Positions 1-11,059 of a stretch of DNA of 64,000 nucleotides are shown in pieces. Every line of letters begins with the position of its first letter. The first letter of the stretch is position 1. The position numbers and the translations under genes are program-made. This stretch comes from Hyphochytrium catenoides (taxonomy: Eukaryota; Protista; Hyphochytriomycota): positions 1-64,000 of the forward strand of contig FLMG01000807.1 of the NCBI GenBank assembly GCA_900088475.1. The letters run 5' to 3'. Below the pieces are notes generated by a model. That model was not told the DNA's origin and did no database searches. It saw nothing but the letters and a program-made list of their open reading frames with translations.

Positions 1-461
1 AGAGAGAGAGAGAGAAGAGAGGCAGAAAGACAGAGGAGAGAGGCAGAAAGACAGAGGCAGAGAGACAGAGAGGAGAGAGAAGAGGATTCTGCAGTTCTTC
101 TCTGTTCTTCCCTCCTGCCTGCCTACAGCGTGACCAGTCTCAATCGTCTCCATCGAGGCTCAGATCCACGCCGCAGTGTCAGCCAAGCCATTGGTAGTGC
201 TCTGCGCGCCGTCTCCGATCCTTTCTCTCAAGCGTCAACAGTCCAGCACTTCCTCTTTTCTCCGCTCTGGTCCTGGTCCTACCTCTCTTGGCGCTGTTCC
301 CAGCCTCTTGAGTCGAGCGTCAGAGCTCTTTGTCAAGGGTTTATACTGACACTGACGTGCAGAGGGACAAATCGGTAACGAAGATAAAGATTGGCAAAGG
401 TGTGGATCAGAGAGGGAGGGAACGGCCGTACAGAGTAGTGGGAGGAACAGGTCAGGAGTCA

Positions 462-1466
462 ATGGCGTCCTTTCTTCCCTCGTGGAGCCTATGGAGTGCT
501 TCCACGGCCGCTGCCACAGAGAAAGCCTTTCCCGTTACCATCCACGTATCTAGCCTTCAGATGAACAGGTGAGTGGGACGAACTTACCAGCAGAGTTTAT
601 AGGGAGAGCAAAAGGGTGGTCAATAGAAAGAAAGGCAAGCTCGGTCTAGCAGTAGCAAAGATGGCACCAACGATGCGGCTCTGGCAGAAAGAAAGGGAAA
701 GGAAGACATGGGAAACCTAGTGTGAGCCAAAGGATGTAAGAGAGAACGTTAGAAGGAGAGCTGCCTGAGTGAGGGGTAAAGAGAGAATTCTAGAGAAGGG
801 AAAGAGAGGCAGACAGTGAAGATGAAGCACTGAAAATCCCACCTCTGCTATTTATTGCCAGCCTCTATGATGGGGAGCCAAGAAGCCTTAGAAACATGGC
901 CTTACGATTCGTCTGTCCGGGCTCCAAGGCACTGGCTGTGGAGCTAGAAGAAAAAACTGATGGCAAAGAAAAGGGAGATTCTCTCTTCACTCCATTGACT
1001 GATGAGGTCAAGCTGACTCTGCAAGCTTCAACGTTGAAGAATTTGCTGTCGCAGGATATCGTTGTCAGTCTAACGGCAGAGGAAAGCAAAGGAAGGAAAG
1101 CTCCAAGCAGTACAGAAAGGCAAAGAACACCGACGCACGACAAATCGTTGGCAGAAGCGCGAATCAGGCTCTCGCCTTTCTCAGTTAACACCCCGGTAAG
1201 TAGACTGGCCTCTCGTATCTTCTCTCGCTCTTTCTCTCACTCTCATTATCTCTGACATCACCCCTAATGCTTAGCCTCGTCTTCAGCGGCGTTACCCTCT
1301 TGGCTTATTTCTTTGCCCGCCCCTTGAAGTCTTCAGACCAGACGCCGGCCATCTAAGATGTGCCTCACCCTTTTCTGCCAATATTCCTGACATCATTTCG
1401 TTGGCCACGTATTTTTCTTTGGCTATTAATTAAGGCTTTGCAGTGAAGGCTCTCTGTGTCTCTGGT

Positions 1467-1506
<40 letters not shown>

Positions 1507-1634
1507 NNNNNNNNNNNNNNNNNNNNNNNNNCTCGAGACTTATTGGCATTGCGGCTCCTTCTTTTCTTTCTCTGTATCTCTCTTGCCTTCGTTTTTCCTG
1601 CATCTCTCTCTGTCGCTCCGTCTTTGTCTCTCTG

Positions 1635-1668
<34 letters not shown>

Positions 1669-3558
1669 ACTCTCTCTAACTTTATTTTCTCTGCCTTTTT
1701 TGGCACCGTCTCTCGTGTTTGTACCTCCTTTTTGATGGCACTCGATGTCTTGTGCTTGACTCCTTTCCCTCTTCCTGTCCTATTAAAAAGATTGTCTTCT
1801 AACTGTCTCTGGACCCAGACCGAGATGGTGGTTTGCTTCAAGGACCCAGGGAAGTATGACAAAGAGCCGTCAGCGACCGCAGCTCTAACCATGAGCGCCA
1901 CTATTCATGCTCCCTACCGTCCTGAGGTGACCTTTCTTCAGACAGCTGCCTCAGCTCTGGCGTCCAGCTACGACCTGTCTCTTGACACTCTGGCGCTCAT
2001 GGTGAGAGACACAACAAGGAAGGGAGATAGAAATAGAGAGGGAGAGAGAGTGAGACGAAAAGACCATAAAGAGATACTAAGGATCATTCGAGAGAAGGAA
2101 GAGGCTAAGGGCACTAACTTGTTATCTCTGTTAGGCAGAGAAGAAGGAAGTCAGACTCTTTCTTGTCGCGGTCACTCTAGCGGTTGTGGCCGTCTCTGGA
2201 CTTGTGATTCTTTGTGCAGTTCTCTCTTTCCCTCTCTGGGCACCTCTCCTTCCAGTCGCTCTCGCGATGTCATCGCCCGTCCTCATCCTGGCAATCCTCC
2301 TTCTGCTGCTGGCGTTATTAGCAGCGGGAGCAGGACTAATCGTCACAGGTACCACCTCTCTCTATATAGGCCACGGAAATTATCATGCCTGTGTTCTCTC
2401 ATGCGGTGCCGTCTTCTCTCTCTCGACAGTGATCCCTGGTTGGAGGTTATTTCTCTACCTTAGCCTGTTTCCGCTCAAACCTTCAGAGACATCCTCTTTA
2501 AGGCTTTCAGCACTGGCCATACATGACCACTAACTTTCTCAATGGCGCCTTATCCTCATCATATCCAGTCATGCTTTCTAGGAAAGGAAGAATCCATTTG
2601 CGAGATTTTATCTCTCCTGCTCTGTCGTCTGTACGTGGTTCGGTGCTAGGGAAGCAGCTACTCTACGACACTGGACCTCTTTTCAGTCTGACAGGGGCTC
2701 TCTTTGTGGTGCTGCCTTCTTTGAACTCCTTCCTAGACTACCGTTCGCCGGCGGTGAAGTTGGTAAGTTTCACAGCTTTTTAGTGTCTTTGTCGCACTGC
2801 GCTGTGTATTGAGAGATCAGTGGTCGTCGGCCAGATGGCCTTTACTCTTCTGGAGTCCTTCCATCGCTATCTTTTAGCAGCCGACTGCTGGTTTGCTCTT
2901 CGTGTTCTTGAGCTATCTCTTCATTGAACTGTTCGTTTCTACCCAATGTCTTCGACGACTGCCATTCCAACCGTTGTCTTCCTTCTTGTTAGCTCTTCAG
3001 CCTAGCCATCGATTTTCTTGGAAACTGCAGCTTCGTAGTCCCTGGTATTGGCGAGTTTGCAGACGTTGTCTGGGCTCCTATCTCCTCTTTTGCTTTGAAG
3101 AGAATGTATGAAGATACGGTCCCCGGAGCCCAATACGTAGGATTGGTGGAGGAGATTCTTCCCTTTACGGATATCATCCCGACCGCTACTCTCTCCTGGT
3201 ACGTACGTCCAAGCCTATTCCGTCATACCTAGTAAGGCTATTTATTGCGTTGGTTGTCAAGAACGAAGGAGATGCAGAGAGAGAGGATAGAGATGGGCAG
3301 AGAATTGGATGAAGAATGCGGGAACAGTACCGCAGGAGAGAAGTAGAGGAAGATTCCGGGGACGCACGTAGAGTGAAAGCGCTGGGAAGAGAAGATGTAT
3401 GCCTAACAAGGAATGGAGCTCTAGGGACGTTCAAGTCTGATCTCTTTGACTGTCGCAGGTTGAAAGAGAATGCTGGTCTTCTTCAGAAGCCTCTTTCTCT
3501 GTACAAAAGACTTGATATGATCCACCCCAAGGAGCCAAGGACGTCACGGACAGCCTAG
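462..3558 (+). CDS. Spliced membrane/lipid-droplet protein, StLDP-like (stramenopile-type lipid droplet protein family), about 450-470 aa
   Basis: In-frame GT-AG exon chain: 462-568, 862-1195, 1819-2001, 2135-2348 (plus or extending to 2445), 2582-2762, 2993-3198, 3459-3558 (TAG). Contains a roughly 60-aa uncharged Pro-containing hydrophobic stretch, then LLYDTGP and LFSLAIDFLGNCSFVVPGIGEFADVVWAPI...VEEILPFTDIIPTATLSW. Family assignment is from recall; the start ATG is inferred. Confidence 0.65.
1470..1664. repeat. (CT)n microsatellites in intron, flanking an N-gap (1507-1531)
   Basis: Direct CT runs visible. Confidence 0.95.
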
Positions 3559-3860
3559 AAGTATATATTCATGCCGCTAGACAATGAAGAAATGTATAGG
3601 AAGCGCCTTGTCCTCTATGCACTCCATGTAGTGCTGCTAAAAGAACGGGCCTTAGCGATGTACATAAAGTAGAGGCGACGTTTACGAAACCAGCAATGAG
3701 AGGCTGGGCATGTACAGAAAGGCAGAGTTCGGGGAAGGAAGAAGTGGAGAATCTGAAAAGTAAAGGGATGGATATGTTTTAAGGCTTCCCCTATAAATAA
3801 CAGATTCTCTCTCTCGTTTTTCCTTTCTTTCTTCCTTCCTTTCTTTTTCTCGGGGTCTAC

Positions 3861-5541
3861 TTAGAGAAAGGTATACCAAAGCGTGAAGGAGATGAGGCAT
3901 CCGATAACAATGGCGACAATCATGTTGTCTCTGTACTTCTTGTTGTTGATTTTCCCAATCAAATCTCCGATCATGGGGAAATTGGCTGCAACGCCAGTCA
4001 TTCTGTTGCGCGAGCTCGAGAGGATACCCCTCTGGCTGTGCAAGGCCTCCTTCGACGCCATAGCTTGTCTAAGTGGAGCGGAAGATAGACAGAGATAGTC
4101 TTAGAACCATAGTAGCCAGAGATAGTAGACAGTGGGACACAACTCTAGAGAGACAGCAAAGAGCATTACAGATAAGAGTGAGAAGTGGAGCGAGAAGCCG
4201 GAGGCTAGAAGCGGGAATATGTGATAAGAGAGGGTGAGAACGAGGAAATCTATGGACTTCTGAGGCTTCTCACCCTAATATATCGTCAGCCATTCTGGCA
4301 GAGCTACTGATAGCGTTTCTCTCTCTGATGAGATGATCCATAGCGGAGTCCTGCACTCCGATCTTATGCTCTCTGTAGATAGTCCAGTCACGATCACTAG
4401 GGATTGAAGAGGTCAAACACTCTAGAGGTGTAGGCTTACCGACTTCTGCTGAAGAGCCGGCGGGTTTCTCTCTTTTGATTGATGGCACTCTGCGTGCGTA
4501 GGACACAGCGAAGGACGCAATGCAAAAGTGAGATCGCTTTACAGTCCACATTAAAGGGAAGAAAGCGAGAAGAGCGGGAAAGAAACAGCTATTGGCCAGA
4601 GCTTTATCACGCCAAGACCAGAAGGACTGGAACACCGGCTAACGAGCCCCACGAACGGTGCTCTGGGAAAGAGTCGACGGCAAGAGGCACCACACGGCAA
4701 CATCGTTGCTTGAAGGAAAGAGGCCCAAAGGAATCTACGTCCCATACTGACCGATATCTTTTTATATTCTTGGCTGTAGTCGAAGTAAATCTCACGATAT
4801 CTCTGTGTGCGATGACAGACAAATGTCAGCCATTTGGGTTCCAGTGCGCCGGCAGCAAAGAACCACGCCATGCTGACGTCCGGGGAAACTAACGAGCCCT
4901 CGGAGGGTACTAAATGACCGAGACGCTATGCTATATCGCTCTAACGAACCTGGACAAAAGCGGCCTGGCTCCGACTGGACGTTTGTGATGTCGCTCTGCC
5001 CATGCGATCGTTCAGTTCCGACAGCTGAGAGCACGGAAGAAACTATGAGGGATTTCCTCTGATCCTTTGCGCTGTTAGGCTCCACTGACCTGCGATAGAA
5101 GTTTCTCTACCCGTGACGAGACTTCGATCTCTTCTTCTTGGTTGTCTAATAGGCTATCTGTTTCTGCTGTATAGAAAAATATTTCCATCCGATTATTGTC
5201 CGTTAGGCACCATCGCCCACTACGGTTCCCTCTCCATTGATCATCTTTACCCAGCAAGATATGCCGTCTCTTTCTAAGATGCTAGGCGCTTGGCACTTGC
5301 ACTCTTCAGCCTCTGCGTCATGTCCACCATCGACGTTAGACATACCTTCAGAAGGTGCTCTGCTGTTGTCTGCTGCGGCCAACTTCTGGTTTATCTTAGA
5401 GAGACTTTGGATATTATCCTGTAGACAACTGTCAGCTACTCCTTAAGATCCTAATCTATGATCACAGACGAGCTGAACCTCTAGGGAGCCCTCAATTCTC
5501 CGTGCATCCTTCCGCAGAGCTTCCCAATCCGTCGCCATCAT
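3861..5541 (-). CDS. GOS1: Golgi SNARE GOS1/GOSR1 (Qb-SNARE), spliced, 8 exons
   Basis: Stitched exons give MMATDWEALRKDARRIEGSLE...LSELNDRM...QRYREIYFDYSQEYKK...MDHLIRERNAISSSARMADDILGQAMASKEALHSQRGIL...FPMIGDLIGKINNKKYRDNMIVAIVIGCLISFTLWY, i.e. a SNARE motif plus C-terminal TM anchor. Confidence 0.9.
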
Positions 5542-6238
5542 CTCTGCCTTGAACCCACGAGATTCTTGTCACCACCCCCACACCCAGCGCAAGTGGCAAT
5601 GATCGGCGAGTGGCAGACGTTCGCAAAGCTTTAGAGTAGCGAGATACTGGTCACAGCGAACGATCTCTATTGCTTTGTTTGATGAGACGAGACGCCTCTT
5701 CTAGCTGTTGAAGCTTCCCCAGACTCTTCCACGTGAGATCTGAAGCTCTAGAATCGGTCCCGTAGTAACGGAGGAAAAAGAAAACGTGGAAGGTCGGTTG
5801 AGTGGCCAGACCTCCCCCAGGACCTAGGGAACGCTGGTCCAAGCAGCCTTCTCTTCTGTGCGACGGCGGCGGGAGGGAGGATGATCTTCTTCTTCTTCTG
5901 CTGCTGCATGCGCGCTCGTCTTCTTCTTCTTTCTGATGAGAAGAAGAAAGTCTCCCACGAAGAAGGGCAATTATGGACATTGCCCACTCCTCCTTGTATT
6001 CTCTTTCGGAAGAAGACCTATCGGAGGAAGAGAAAAAAATTAGCGAGGAGAAGAAGGGCGGCGCAAGCAGAACGCAAGCTGCTGTGATTGACAGCAGAAG
6101 CAACTTTGTTTCATCAGCGTTGGTGGTAGCATTCTTCAACATTTATTGCTGTTGTTGTGCGCGCTCGCTACACAAATAACCTCTTCTATTCCATTATATT
6201 ATTGCTTATCTATACTTTGGGTGGTGGAGGTGTTTGCT

Positions 6239-6893
6239 CTCATTGTTCGCTCTAGGCCCCTTAGAAAGGGCGCTGCTGTTGAGTTGCTTGCTCTACTACA
6301 TCATTTTTTCACAGTAGTATGTAGTAGACTTGCTGGAGAGGTCATTGTAGCTACTACACACTTCGTAGAGATGTGTCATTCTACATGATGCTTGGTGTGG
6401 GCATTTGAATGTTATTCTTTGTTGATTATGCCAACAGCAGCAGGTTATCCCTTCATCGTCGTCACCGTCGTTGCCTCTGCGTTGGTGAGGGCATTAGTAT
6501 TATAATACAGCTGTGGCTTTAACTTCTTTAAATATGATGACCTTTCATCAGAGGACTTCTTTTTTTGCCTCTTGTTGCTTAAGCAAGCCATCGGTTTGAT
6601 CTATGCAATTGTGCTTCTTTTCGTCTGTTGTTCCCCTCCGCAGACGGCAAACGCAGAAGAGGCAACTAAAGGAATCCTATTGACATGACCATCAATAGAA
6701 TAATAATAACATTCATTGCCCACACCAAGCATGAGCATCATGTAAAGAAGTGCACTTGCTGCCCACCTAGTGTGCAGGTATTATTATAATTATCAGCTCT
6801 TCTTTCTTCTGCATCAAGTCTACTAGGTACGCCGTGGTAGAGCAAGTCACCCACTCTTTCTATCTATACAGTCTTCTAGAGTGAGCAAAATGA
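6239..6893. repeat. Degenerate long inverted repeat (foldback/MITE-like relic)
   Basis: 6388-6416 is a near-perfect reverse complement of 6705-6732. Further collinear inverted blocks: 6322-6332/6815-6825 and 6287-6296/6837-6846. Confidence 0.7.
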
Positions 6894-9796
6894 AGAAAGA
6901 CTTCTTTTCCAGTGGATATGAATAATGCGGAATGGAATAACGGAACAGGAAGATGATGATCCTCATCCCATGATCGCCAAGTCAGACATCCATAGACCAT
7001 ATGCAGAGAAAAAAGCTAGTGCTGCTACCCCCGTCGATATGCCACCACTACTAACTTCACCTATATATACTGTTGATAGCTCCTCGAGAAGAGGTCAACC
7101 GAAGTGGTTAGACGTGCGACCCGAGTGGTGATAATAAAGCTCTACCAAGCTTGAGAAATGCACCCAACATAAGGAGTCCATAACTGACAAAAGCTCAAAA
7201 TAAGGGTAACCACCACCAAGTAATGGCCACCAAAGACAATACGAGAAGTAGTTTAACAACAAACATCATAAAGTCGATGCATAAAGAGCCTGCATAGGAG
7301 GAGCAGAAGGGTCCTGGACGCCGCCGCCGTCACACTGCAAAGATTCCAAGGACGACGTTATTGCACCGACCCACCTTCTTCCTTCCTCTTTTGAGACCGT
7401 GCACAGCACAAGGCGATGAAGACACAATTGGCAATAATCGCACAACAAAAACAAGGAGGATGCCGACGTCAACAGTATGCTACCTCGGAACCTATACACT
7501 CAAGACTTATAATCATCATGATGGGATGATGGGAAACCCACCAGGTTGATGTTGCTACGTACTGTACTTGCCTTGTTGATTCTTTCCTTGTGATATTGTA
7601 ACGGACGAGTCACCGGCTTTCTAAGGGAAACTTCTTGATCTTCCACATCCACAACCTGGACCTTCACCCCCGCTCCTCCTTCCTGCCTGTCCATCGTATC
7701 TTCTGCCTTTCTCTTCTCTTCTTCCTCTTAACTCTCTTCTGCTGCCCTCCTTGGTAGCCTCCTACTCATCTTTACGTTGTGGTGCCTCTCACATCGTAAG
7801 TGCACGTGTCTAGTTTCCTAGTCTCTAGAAGGGAGGATGAAGGCACGTGTTTCTGGTGGAAAGGCTTCAACAAACAGCTGAATAGCAGAGAGACATCATA
7901 CGCGTAGCGTCACAAACAGCCACAGTCATCCGTTGCAGGGCAAGAGGGAAGTAGAAAGCGCCAGACTTGCGGGAAGCCTGTACTTCCTCCAGTAGATGTA
8001 AGGTACGCTGTAGGAACAAGAGTCACAAACCCCCATGTTTAGGGAAATATCAGAAAGGACGGTAGGGTGACGTACCCGACTACTGCTAGAACTAACAACT
8101 AGTCCAACATATAACCGGGCTCTCCCTAGTAGGCCAACATGTCAGTTCTCATCACGAGGTTAGCGAAGCCAGGTGGAGATTATCAGCAGCTAGGAGGAAG
8201 TGATGGGTCTATGACAGCCAATTGAACCTTGGAATAATGCCTTCCTGCTATGCGGCCAAAGGCCAGAGAACTAAGAGGAATGCCCCGAGAATAAGTTCAG
8301 AGAGCGTTCCTTCAATTGGAGCAAGGTAGAGAGAGTTACAACTGATGAGGATTTGCCGGGTGACTACATAAAGAGATAGCTTTTGCTGTCTTCCTTCTTG
8401 TGACTGCCATGTGTGGGGGTTGGTAAGTGGATCTTCTCGAAAGCCCATGGAACAAAAATCTGGAAATGTCAATAAAAAGAGCGAGATTGGTACAATCCTG
8501 ACTGGATGCTCGTGATGAACTAGCCAGAAGGTAGAAGCAAAGTATCCAGCAAACTGACGCTTAGTGATCAGAGTAAGGCTGGGCATCTTCCCTAGTAGGT
8601 TAGGTTTCCTCCGTCTTGGCAGCCCTTATTAGCTGCGGGCAAGCCAGCCGAAGAAGTTAGTAGTAAGCCTCTACATGCNNNNNNNNNNNNNNNNNNNNNN
8701 NNNNNNNNNNNNNNNNNNNNNNNNNNNNNNCATGGTCAGCGAAAGATTTGCGAGGCTCTGCCCATATGCAAATGACAACTATAAATATGACTAATTGGCC
8801 ACTGCTGCTGAGCCTACCATCACCTAACTCCTCGTACCAGCCCCACCCCCCTTTCTCCTCTGCTGGTAACCATCGCTCACAAAGTATGAGAAAAAAGGGC
8901 TAACACTGCTCTTGACCGGCGTTGTAGTGCCAAACCGCTGGTGGCGACACGTTGGAGGCTCGGCTATAGAACACCCTCATCACAAAGTTGAATAGGAGAG
9001 GGAAATCCTCAAAACCCAAGAGAAAGAAGTACCTTTAGACAGAAGGTCTAGAGCCAGAGAGCTTAGAATAACCATAGAAACGGACATAGATGACCTAGGC
9101 TGCATGTAACAACTCTAGGAGATGCCAAGTATGGCTCAATGCATCCATCAAGTGGAAGGTAGTAAAAGCTAGGGCCTCCTAGAGATATAGTCTATGAATA
9201 TGAGCCAACCCAAGTGTAGAAGAGTTGATGTACCTTTATTTAGTTATTAGTTGGAGAAACTAATAAGCGGAGTAACTACAATACTAGACTTTATGCATAG
9301 CCTACGAGTACTGTCGTCTCGAGTTGATGTACTGGATAACTTACTATAGAGAAAAGTCATTTTCTTCATTATTCATTCATTTATAGCGCAGAAAAAGATG
9401 TCTTTGTTGCGGAAAAATAGATAAATTGGTGTCACGATCAGACGGCAGCTCTCAAAACTGACTGTCTTTTGACTTAAAAAGGCCATCCAAGCAGACAAGC
9501 CGTTGAATGAATAGATACATAGAACGACAGGACCTCCTGGGGATTTTATGAGGACAGCACCACGATGCAGAATAAGACATGGGTTGCTAAAAGAGTACAG
9601 TGGGCAGAAGAGCCCGAGGTCACCAGCAGAACCTACGAGCTTCAGTTGGCATCGCAGGTAGCAGAATGTAATGATACAAGGACCGTGGTAAGTAGGAGTA
9701 GAGTACAGAGGAGGCCGCGAAAAGACGGAAGACATACGGAGCAAAACAGAGACACAACCATAGACACCCCAGTTAGGGGAGGGAAGTCCGAGCGAC

Positions 9797-11059
9797 TCAA
9801 TAGTCGGGAACGGACTCTCCGATGATGTGCCTCCTGTGCTCTGCAAGGAGCTCATGCAGCTTGAACATGGAGCTAAGCCGCGGCCTCACGTCCTCCACAT
9901 CCTCGAAGGTTTTCAAAATGGTCCACAAAGCTTCAAGTGTCCTATCCTTAGCGTCATCATAGAAGCTAGGAACAGGGATCCCATTCCTTGGCTGAGGGAG
10001 GAAGGACATGGGGTTGTTGTCTACCAAGATGACTCTGGACAGATCTCGGCCGAGGGCTCCCAGGTCCTTTAGGAAGAGTCCTTGTCTAACCATGCAGGAG
10101 TCTCTGAAGAATCTTCCCTTGAAGATTGTGTTGTCTGGGTCCAGATGGTTGATGATGGCAGAGCCGTACATCTCGAGGCCCGCCGAGTAGACGTAAACAT
10201 CAAAGATCTGGCACACCCTTCTCAAAAATAGATCAAGTCCGGGACGCTTGTAAACGATCGCCTTCTCTCCATCATCCATTGTGATCTCGAATGTATCATG
10301 GTAGTTAGCATCCACATCAGGCCTGTCTTCCTCCTGGCGATACCGCCCACTGTTCCCCAAGAACTTGCTGTGGATGAGGCACTCATCTACATCCAGAACG
10401 AGGGCAATCCGCCTGGACTCCTTTGCCAACTGGTACGTGTTGCAGTAAATGTTGACGGTGACAGAGTCTGGAGAACCAGGGATGGCAAACTTCCGCGTGA
10501 TCGGCTGTTGAGTAACGCACTCATCCATCTCTTCGTTGATGCAAACTGTCGGATTCTGCACATCCTGCCTGGACTTGTGGAAGCGTTCGATGGATGGCCT
10601 CATGGGGCTTGGATGCTGGCCAAGGACTTTCCCTTCTTGTACAACTTCGAAGTCCTCTTGGTAGCGCATGGCACACACGCTGTTCATGTTTAAAGTGGTC
10701 TACAAAAAAGATACAGAGCTTTGATGTAGCTCTGCTCTCTCTCCACGTCGGTAAAAGAGATCTACCAAAGCGGAAAGATCTGGCTGAGCTCCGTGGAAGA
10801 GACGCGTTGTCGTAGTGTGTTGCTAAGAAATTTCTTCAGTCACTGCTGACGTCGGAAGGCCTCAATGTGCGATGGTTCATCGCGTGGAAGATCCGAATCG
10901 CGGTGTGTGCTGAGCCAGGGTTTTCCAGGAGTGGCAACCAAGAGGCAAGAGCATCTTGTCTATAATTTTGGCTCTGGGTCTCTCCCTCTCAGTAACCCTT
11001 CCTCCCGCTTCCTTTCGCTCTATGCTGTCTCTTCTTACCTTCCGTGGTGCTTGACACAT
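9797..11059 (-). CDS. NIF/FCP1-SCP family CTD-like HAD phosphatase
   Basis: 296-aa ORF 9797-10687 with LVLDVDECLIHS, KRPGLD.FL, FRDSC, KDL..LGRDLSRVILVDNNP and NGIPV.SFYDD.KDR motifs. Probable extra 21-nt first exon 11059-11039 spliced in frame to 10699. Confidence 0.92.

Noticed and set aside
1365-1901. Long ORFs with SLSL/RERE runs (also 11099-11590, 42260-42517, 59699-60168, 62925-63837)
   Set aside because: Artefacts of CT/AG microsatellites and N-gaps
8100-8600. Minus-strand LFIDISR and LAY* fragments reminiscent of a non-LTR reverse transcriptase
   Set aside because: Motifs are short, incomplete and not shown to share a frame
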